Below are positions 36,059 through 41,961 of a stretch of DNA of 43,606 nucleotides, piece by piece. Source of the DNA: Polyangiales bacterium. GTDB taxonomy: Bacteria; Myxococcota_A; Polyangia; Polyangiales; Houyiibacteriaceae. The position numbers and the translations under genes were made by a program. The stretch spans positions 1 to 43,606 of the forward strand of contig JBLYYU010000248.1 in the NCBI GenBank assembly GCA_048550275.1. The letters run 5' to 3'. The notes under the pieces are model-generated. The model saw only the letters and a program-made list of their open reading frames with translations. It ran no database searches and had not been told where the DNA came from. How positions within the stretch are numbered: position 1 is the first letter of the stretch; each line of letters opens with the position of its first letter.

Positions 36059-37113
36059 AACAGATCGTCGCACTCACATTCCTGGTGCTGCTCGCGGGTT
36101 CTGCCGGGGCCTGCGCGAAGATGCTGGGCCTCGAGCAAGAGAAAGAAAGCTCGGCGTTCGAGCACCGCGCACACGTTGTCGAAGGGATTAACTGCCTCGA
36201 GTGTCACGCCGGGATCCAGGAAGCGGGCGATACCGGACCGCTGCACATGCCTTCGACGGCTGATTGCGTCTCATGCCATGAGGAGCCGCATGACCCGAAC
36301 ACCTGCTCGGACTGTCACGGCCGGGCACGCAACCGGCACGCCGCCGAGATGGCTCGCAAGCACCTGCGTTTCTCGCACGTCACGCACAACGAAGAAGGCG
36401 CGGGCGACTGCGTGCGCTGCCACGTGAACGTCACGACGGATGCGGACTACGTTCGCACGAAGCACCCGACTTGCCTGAGCTGCCATGCGCACAAGGGCCA
36501 GTGGGACACTCGCGACTGCGGTGGCTGTCACGTCGATCTTCCGAGCGAAATGGCGCGGCCCGAAAGCCACGTAGTTCACGACGGCAACTTCCTTCGCGAG
36601 CACGGCGTGCAAGCAAACGCCCAAGGTGACCTGTGCACGGCCTGTCACACGCAACGCGAATGTGCCTCCTGTCACGGCGTGACGGTTCCGACCATCCCGT
36701 CGAGGTTCCGCTTCGACGCCCCGATGCGCGACTCGATGCACCGAGCAAACTTCATCTCGGTCCACGACATGCAGGCCGCCGCTGACCCGGCCGCCTGCAT
36801 CACCTGTCACAGCGAGCTCTTCTGCGTCGATTGCCATACCCGCCTGGGCATATCGGGCCTCAATGCATCTCGCGGAAACCCGCATCCGCCAGGCTGGTCC
36901 GGTCCTCCCGGCGCCCCCAACACACACGGGCGGGCCGCAAGGCTCGACCCGCTGTCTTGCGCGAGCTGTCACGGCGGCGCAGGCGAAACCCTCTGCGTGA
37001 GCTGCCACCAGGTCGGCGGACCAGGCGGTAACCCCCATCCCACTGGCTTCAACAGCCGACTCAGCAAGGCCAACGACCTTCCTTGCAGGCTCTGCCACAT
37101 CGGAGGCCTATGA
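36055..37113 (+). CDS. 13-heme c-type cytochrome, probable lipoprotein (c3/c7-like repeats)
   Basis: MKQIVALTFLVLLAGSAGAC (signal plus Cys). 13 CXXCH motifs in 352 aa. There are recurrent F-x-H-x2-H segments (FEHRAHV, FSHVTHN) as in c7/c3 modules. Confidence 0.85.
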   Translation: MKQIVALTFLVLLAGSAGACAKMLGLEQEKESSAFEHRAHVVEGINCLECHAGIQEAGDTGPLHMPSTADCVSCHEEPHDPNTCSDCHGRARNRHAAEMARKHLRFSHVTHNEEGAGDCVRCHVNVTTDADYVRTKHPTCLSCHAHKGQWDTRDCGGCHVDLPSEMARPESHVVHDGNFLREHGVQANAQGDLCTACHTQRECASCHGVTVPTIPSRFRFDAPMRDSMHRANFISVHDMQAAADPAACITCHSELFCVDCHTRLGISGLNASRGNPHPPGWSGPPGAPNTHGRAARLDPLSCASCHGGAGETLCVSCHQVGGPGGNPHPTGFNSRLSKANDLPCRLCHIGGL

Positions 37114-38657
37114 AGCGGGCCGCGATCCTGGCCTTGGTGTTCTTGGCGCTCGGATTCGTGGCCGGGTACGTCTTCGCGGCATTCACAACCGACGTTGTTC
37201 CGACGATCACGGAGCAGCGCGCAGCAGGTCCCACCCGTGAGGTCTCGGTCGACTGGCACGTCGACAAGTTCTCGCCCGGGCATTCTCAGCACGTCGTAAA
37301 CCACGCCCTTCAGTGTAACGATTGCCATGACCCCGCCCGGTCGGACTTCAAAGAGGTCGACATCGGCGTCTGCACGAACTGCCACCTCGAGCAGACGTCT
37401 CACCCCCATCTCGACCAAGATGGCGAAATCACCGAGTGCCTCACCTGCCACTCCTTCAAGTTCAACGCTGAGCCGGACAGCCCCTGGGACTGCGTGCGCT
37501 GCCACGGGCCTTTCGATACGCCGACTCACACGGGCCTCGCGATGCACGATCAAATCGCCTGCGCGAACTGCCACCATCCGCATAAGCCGACATCTCAGAC
37601 GGCCGCAGAGTGCAACGACTGCCACGAAGCACTCAAGGTTCAGCACGGGCGCCCCAAGCTCAGCGGTACCTGCGCGGATTGCCACGGCGGCCACAAGCTC
37701 GCCGCGGAGGCCCCGGCCTGCATGGAGTGCCATGCGAACGAGAAACCCCGGGTGCCTAAGTCAGCGGTGTTCGCAGACGGCCACGATGCCTGCGTCGACT
37801 GTCACGAGCCGCACGCGTTCTCGGCAGCGAGCGCGCTTCAGTGTGGGAGTTGTCATCGTCGCAAGCCGGTCTTTGCCCAGAACACCGCGCGAGAACACCG
37901 GGATTGCAGTAGCTGCCACGAGCCCCACGCCGTTCGCGCTGCCGGCGACCGAAGCTGCAAGGGTTGCCACGAAGACATCGCATCGACCCATGTCGCCGAG
38001 GGCAAGTCGGACTGCGTCTCCTGCCACGATCCGCATCCGAAGCGTCGGGCGCAGATCGCGCTGCAGTGTTCGAGTTGCCACGAAGAGGCGAGCTCGGAAC
38101 GCGCCTTCCACGCAGCGAAATCCGTGTGCACCGACTGCCACACGCCGCACGGCTTCGATCTCAGCGGCGCGACGGAGCCAGCATTTTGCGCCTCCTGCCA
38201 CCAGCAGCAGGTGCGGCTCACCAAGCGCATTTCCGACCATTCGAGCTGCGCCGACTGCCACGAGGGCACGTCGCACGCGCTAGAGGACCCGGTGGCCTGC
38301 GCGAGCTGCCACGAGGAGCTCGAACAGTCGAGCCCGGAGGGCCACCGAGACTGCGCCTCCTGCCACGAGCCTCACGGCGGCGCGATGAACGCCGGTGCCT
38401 GCACGAGCTGTCATGAGAACGCCAGCCTCCCCGGCCTGCACCGTATTCCTGGCGACCCCCAAAGTACCGGCCACTCCGACTGCTCGACCTGCCACAACGC
38501 GCACGACGCCCAAGTCCGCGCCGACCGCGCCGCGTGCATGGAGTGCCACGACGACATCGCCAACCACGAACCAGACGCAAAGATCTGCACGGGATGTCAC
38601 ACGTTCATCAGCGGGAAGCCAAAAAGCGCACTGACGCCGAGGGCACGGCCGCGGTAG
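37110..38657 (+). CDS. 23-heme c-type cytochrome with an N-terminal signal/anchor helix (paired-CXXCH repeat type)
   Basis: MKRAAILALVFLALGFVAGYVFA. 23 CXXCH motifs in 515 aa. The unit CxxCH-(E/D/T/N)-(P/A)-H-x9-13-CxxCH repeats. GGAGG lies 5 nt upstream, and the ATG overlaps the upstream stop (ATGA). Confidence 0.85.
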   Translation: MKRAAILALVFLALGFVAGYVFAAFTTDVVPTITEQRAAGPTREVSVDWHVDKFSPGHSQHVVNHALQCNDCHDPARSDFKEVDIGVCTNCHLEQTSHPHLDQDGEITECLTCHSFKFNAEPDSPWDCVRCHGPFDTPTHTGLAMHDQIACANCHHPHKPTSQTAAECNDCHEALKVQHGRPKLSGTCADCHGGHKLAAEAPACMECHANEKPRVPKSAVFADGHDACVDCHEPHAFSAASALQCGSCHRRKPVFAQNTAREHRDCSSCHEPHAVRAAGDRSCKGCHEDIASTHVAEGKSDCVSCHDPHPKRRAQIALQCSSCHEEASSERAFHAAKSVCTDCHTPHGFDLSGATEPAFCASCHQQQVRLTKRISDHSSCADCHEGTSHALEDPVACASCHEELEQSSPEGHRDCASCHEPHGGAMNAGACTSCHENASLPGLHRIPGDPQSTGHSDCSTCHNAHDAQVRADRAACMECHDDIANHEPDAKICTGCHTFISGKPKSALTPRARPR

Positions 38658-38663
38658 GCTGTC

Positions 38664-38720
38664 GGGCCGCGAAAAACGGCGCGACGCGGGGTTCCCGTAT
38701 CGCGCTCTTTTCCGCGCCCC
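38664..38720. terminator. Bidirectional intrinsic terminator hairpin between convergent cytochrome operons
   Basis: The arms gggccgcgaaaaacggcgcga / tcgcgctcttttccgcgcccc pair at 17 of 21 positions plus one G-U. The inner stem GCGCGA/TCGCGC is followed by a U-run on either strand. It fills the 64-bp gap between the stops at 38657 (+) and 38722 (-). Confidence 0.55.
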
Positions 38721-38721
38721 G

Positions 38722-39780
38722 CTAGAACGCGTCTACTCGTCCGTTGATGTGTGGCGCTTCAATCGTAAGCAGCGTGCCTTCGGCATTGATCCCCCGGTGG
38801 CAGCTATTGCACGAGATGGTGGAGTGTCCGGGAGGTGGATTCTGGTGGCAGGCGCCACAGTCGAGGTCCAACCCCTCTTCGTCCCAGGCCACGTCCGGTG
38901 TCGTGCCGCCGCGGACATGGCACGTCGTCGTGCAGTCGCGGGTTTCGAAGTCGTAGCTCGCTCCCTCGGCCCACGCCGGCTGGAAAACCACGTCGACCTC
39001 GCCGTTGCCGTGCGTGCCGACGAGCATCGAGTAGTCCTGGCCGAAGTGGCAGGTCTGGCAATCGAGGCCGCTCGGATTGTTGGCCGATGGCTCGGCGTGA
39101 TCCGCATGCGCGTAGCCAGGTTGCGGGGGGCGGAAGTAACACAGATCCCTTGGTGGATAGGCCCGCTCCCCGTCTCCGTGGCAGGTACCGCAAGCCATCA
39201 CCCCGCCGGGAAGGCTGTGACAGTCGGTGCAATCTGCAGCTCCGGGGGGCGGTTTGATGACCGGCTCGACTGCTTCAGGCGAACCCCGGTGGCAAAGACC
39301 GCAGGCATCCGAACGCGCTGGATCGACGATCGGCTGCCAGTCAGTCGCTCTCAGGTAGGCGCCATGCCAGTCGTCGGCGCGTGGGTCGTTCCACTGCCCG
39401 GGATGCGTGCTGTCGGTCGTGGGGACGGCGCCATCGGTTACCCAGGTTGTTAGCCCACGCCTCTCGTCCTCGGCCAGGAGGTCGGCGTGATCGGGACGCT
39501 CGAGCACGGCAAGGATTGGCGCCGTCTGATCTGACGGCAGCGTAGCGGGCTGACCGTCTGGATCGGGTATGCAGCGAATCGTCTCCAGATAGTCTTCGAC
39601 GCTGTACCCCGCGGACGGCGTCCCGCCGCCGTGGCATTCGACGCAGCGCTGTTCGAGAATGGGATTCACATCCGCAAAGACGAGCGGCGGTTCTTCCCGA
39701 TCACGTGCTTCGTTGCAGCCGAGAAGTGCAACGGTGGCGCAGAGCAACCCGACAAGCCGAACGCTCGTCCGACCGATCAT
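38722..39780 (-). CDS. Multiheme cytochrome c lipoprotein (7 CXXCH plus 1 CX3CH)
   Basis: The ATG at 39780 gives MIGRTSVRLVGLLCATVALLGC (lipobox). Motifs are CVECH, CGLCH, CTDCH, CGTCH, CQTCH, CTTTCH, CGACH and CNSCH. The tail CTTTCH...W...CGACHQNPPPGH...CNSCH resembles the Geobacter/myxobacterial CxxxxCH...CXXCH domain. The ATG overlaps the upstream stop (ATGA). Confidence 0.8.
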   Translation of the reverse strand: MIGRTSVRLVGLLCATVALLGCNEARDREEPPLVFADVNPILEQRCVECHGGGTPSAGYSVEDYLETIRCIPDPDGQPATLPSDQTAPILAVLERPDHADLLAEDERRGLTTWVTDGAVPTTDSTHPGQWNDPRADDWHGAYLRATDWQPIVDPARSDACGLCHRGSPEAVEPVIKPPPGAADCTDCHSLPGGVMACGTCHGDGERAYPPRDLCYFRPPQPGYAHADHAEPSANNPSGLDCQTCHFGQDYSMLVGTHGNGEVDVVFQPAWAEGASYDFETRDCTTTCHVRGGTTPDVAWDEEGLDLDCGACHQNPPPGHSTISCNSCHRGINAEGTLLTIEAPHINGRVDAF

Positions 39781-41864
39781 GGCGCCGGCGGGTTGGGCAG
39801 TAAGTTGGCATGGCAGGTGCCGCATTCGTTGGTAAACGCGACAGGCTGCTCGAGGGGCTCACCGACATCCCGCCAGGGGGTCATCGTCATCCGATGCGTG
39901 GCGATGTCGTTCCAGAAGTACTGGACATCCAGGGTCACGCCCGAGCCTGGATCGAGGAGGGCGGGCACAGCGGCTCCGGAGCGGGCGGTCGGTACGAGAT
40001 GGCAGTCGGCGCAGAGAAGCCCGAAGCCCGAGTGCACTGAATTGCCCGTGGCGGACTCGACGTGACTATCGAGGTTGTCCGGCTCGGCCAAACCACTGTG
40101 GCATGTGGTGCAAAGCGCATTCGGATTCCCCGAGGTATCCATGGCCGCGATGTCATCGTCGTTGGCGTGCGGGCTGTGGCAATTGGTACAAGAGACGAGT
40201 CGAGTGCCGTTTCGATAGTGTCGCGTCTGAATGTGTCCCGAATACTGTTGGTAGTGAGCCTTCTCGTCCCCGGAATCAAAGAAGGCGGCTGGCGCACCGC
40301 CGACCCGGTTGGTGTAGTTCGCCGCAAAGTCTGCGCGCCGGATTCCCGGAGGGGGCATCTCGTTTTCATCCGATAGCGGCAGCCCCGTTTCGCCGGCGCC
40401 GATGCCAAGAGGCCGCGAATGGCAGCTGCCACAGAGCGCGGCTTGGCGGCCTGGGGTCAACAGCCCGGGAGAGACCATGAAACTACCGTTGGGGCTTGGA
40501 TTCAGGTGATCGGAGCCAGCGCCGTGACAGGATTCACATCCCACGTTGAGGAGCTCGAGCCGACCGTCGCCGTCGTAATCGAACGCGCCGCCCGAATCGA
40601 CCACAGCGCTCGCAGACCAGCCGTCCATCTCGCTGCCGCTCAGCGCGTAGCCCGTGAAATGGCAGCCTGCGCAGTTGTTGTCGAAGGAATCAGCGGACGA
40701 CGGCGCGAGATCCGAATCCCGAAGCATGTCGGTGTCGAAGTCGAACCAGAGGTCGGAGCGGTAGTCGCGCCAGGGCCAGTCATCGGAGGTCCCGTTGCCA
40801 GGAAGGCTGCCGTTGTCGAAGTCACCCTCGTAGTTGTACTGAAGGGGCAACAAGAAGTAGCTGAAGCTTTCGTCCGCATTGCTTCGGCGCGTCAGGTACT
40901 GTTGGGCCCCCAATGCGCCGCCGTACGTGAGGACCACATCGTAGCGACGCGTCGGCTGCCCGTTTATGAGATTCTCCATTTGAATGAAGTAGGCGCCAAT
41001 CACTCCAAGTGGCGTGTTCGTGTCCCTTCTCAAATCGATTCGGAACTTCGCGCTCGGACCGGGATTCTGAACTTGCACCTTGCAGTTGGACGGATCTTCA
41101 TGCGTCGAGGCCGCGGCATCGCAGTCGTAGTAGTAGAGGGACGTGCCGGCCTCGAATCCTTCGAGGCCATCATCGAAGCTCGGCCAGGGCTCGACGTCCT
41201 GCAAAATCGAGCGCGAGCCTGGGACTTGAAGCCCCACGTTGTGCGCTGTTCGTGACGTGCTGTGAAGCGCATGGCACCCGAGGCACGTAGACGAACCGAC
41301 GTAGGTGGCGTTCTCGCTCGGCTGAGCGCTCACGCGGATGTCCATCTGCATGCCAATCAGGGATGCCGTGTCAAACGCGACGCTGCTGCTGTCGCCGCCA
41401 GGCAAGTGCAGACCGTCGCCATCGGCGGGGGCCCAGACGATAAAGTGCTCTCCCTCGGGTAGCGTCACAAATCGGTACTCGCCGGAGTCATCGACGGCGG
41501 CCTGCTCGTAGTTCGTGCCGTTGACGTCGAGCAGATCTTCGATTGGCTCGTCGACTTCCAGCATCGCTGTCGCTTCCGGCGACAAGAAGAGATCGATTTC
41601 TGTCTCCGACAGGTCTTCGACGTCGCTTGCTGGTACGAGATACACGGTGCCGCCCTGCACCGGCGTCATGTTCGGCTCCATGACCCTGCCGACGAGCCCC
41701 TCTAGCTCCGGATCGATCTCCTCGCCGGGCGTCTCCCCTGGTGGACCTGGCTCGCCCGGCGGCCCCTGCGGTCCGGGTTCGCCGGTGTCGCCCGTGCAGG
41801 CAACCATGACGAAAGAGGCACACACGCAAAACGAAAGCCAAGAAAACCAGCGGATGGAAGTCAT
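39777..41864 (-). CDS. Octaheme cytochrome c lipoprotein with a collagen-like G-X-Y tether and an N-terminal beta-sandwich-like domain
   Basis: The ATG at 41864 gives MTSIRWFSWLSFCVCASFVMVAC (lipobox); the track's 41882 is a TTG. Then come GDT-GEP-GPQ-GPP-GEP-GPP-GET, and GRVMEPNMTPVQGGTVYLV...DDSGEYRFVTLPEGEHFIVW (CarboxypepD_reg-like). There are 8 CXXCH motifs (CLGCH, CAGCH, CESCH, CGSCH, CTNCH, CTTCH, CADCH, CGTCH). Confidence 0.8.
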   Translation of the reverse strand: MTSIRWFSWLSFCVCASFVMVACTGDTGEPGPQGPPGEPGPPGETPGEEIDPELEGLVGRVMEPNMTPVQGGTVYLVPASDVEDLSETEIDLFLSPEATAMLEVDEPIEDLLDVNGTNYEQAAVDDSGEYRFVTLPEGEHFIVWAPADGDGLHLPGGDSSSVAFDTASLIGMQMDIRVSAQPSENATYVGSSTCLGCHALHSTSRTAHNVGLQVPGSRSILQDVEPWPSFDDGLEGFEAGTSLYYYDCDAAASTHEDPSNCKVQVQNPGPSAKFRIDLRRDTNTPLGVIGAYFIQMENLINGQPTRRYDVVLTYGGALGAQQYLTRRSNADESFSYFLLPLQYNYEGDFDNGSLPGNGTSDDWPWRDYRSDLWFDFDTDMLRDSDLAPSSADSFDNNCAGCHFTGYALSGSEMDGWSASAVVDSGGAFDYDGDGRLELLNVGCESCHGAGSDHLNPSPNGSFMVSPGLLTPGRQAALCGSCHSRPLGIGAGETGLPLSDENEMPPPGIRRADFAANYTNRVGGAPAAFFDSGDEKAHYQQYSGHIQTRHYRNGTRLVSCTNCHSPHANDDDIAAMDTSGNPNALCTTCHSGLAEPDNLDSHVESATGNSVHSGFGLLCADCHLVPTARSGAAVPALLDPGSGVTLDVQYFWNDIATHRMTMTPWRDVGEPLEQPVAFTNECGTCHANLLPNPPAP

Positions 41865-41961
41865 CCTGCCGATAATATGCAACCGGGGCGCGCCTTCAAG
41901 CGAAGACGTGCCCCGGACTGCTGTTTCTGGGCTCTGGTGGCCCTACGTGACCCGCGGGTCG

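Noticed and set aside
41730-41792. The collagen-like G-X-Y run read as evidence of a true collagen triple-helix domain.
   Set aside because: There are only seven triplets, too short to assume a stable triple helix. I report it as a possible tether, not as a collagen domain.
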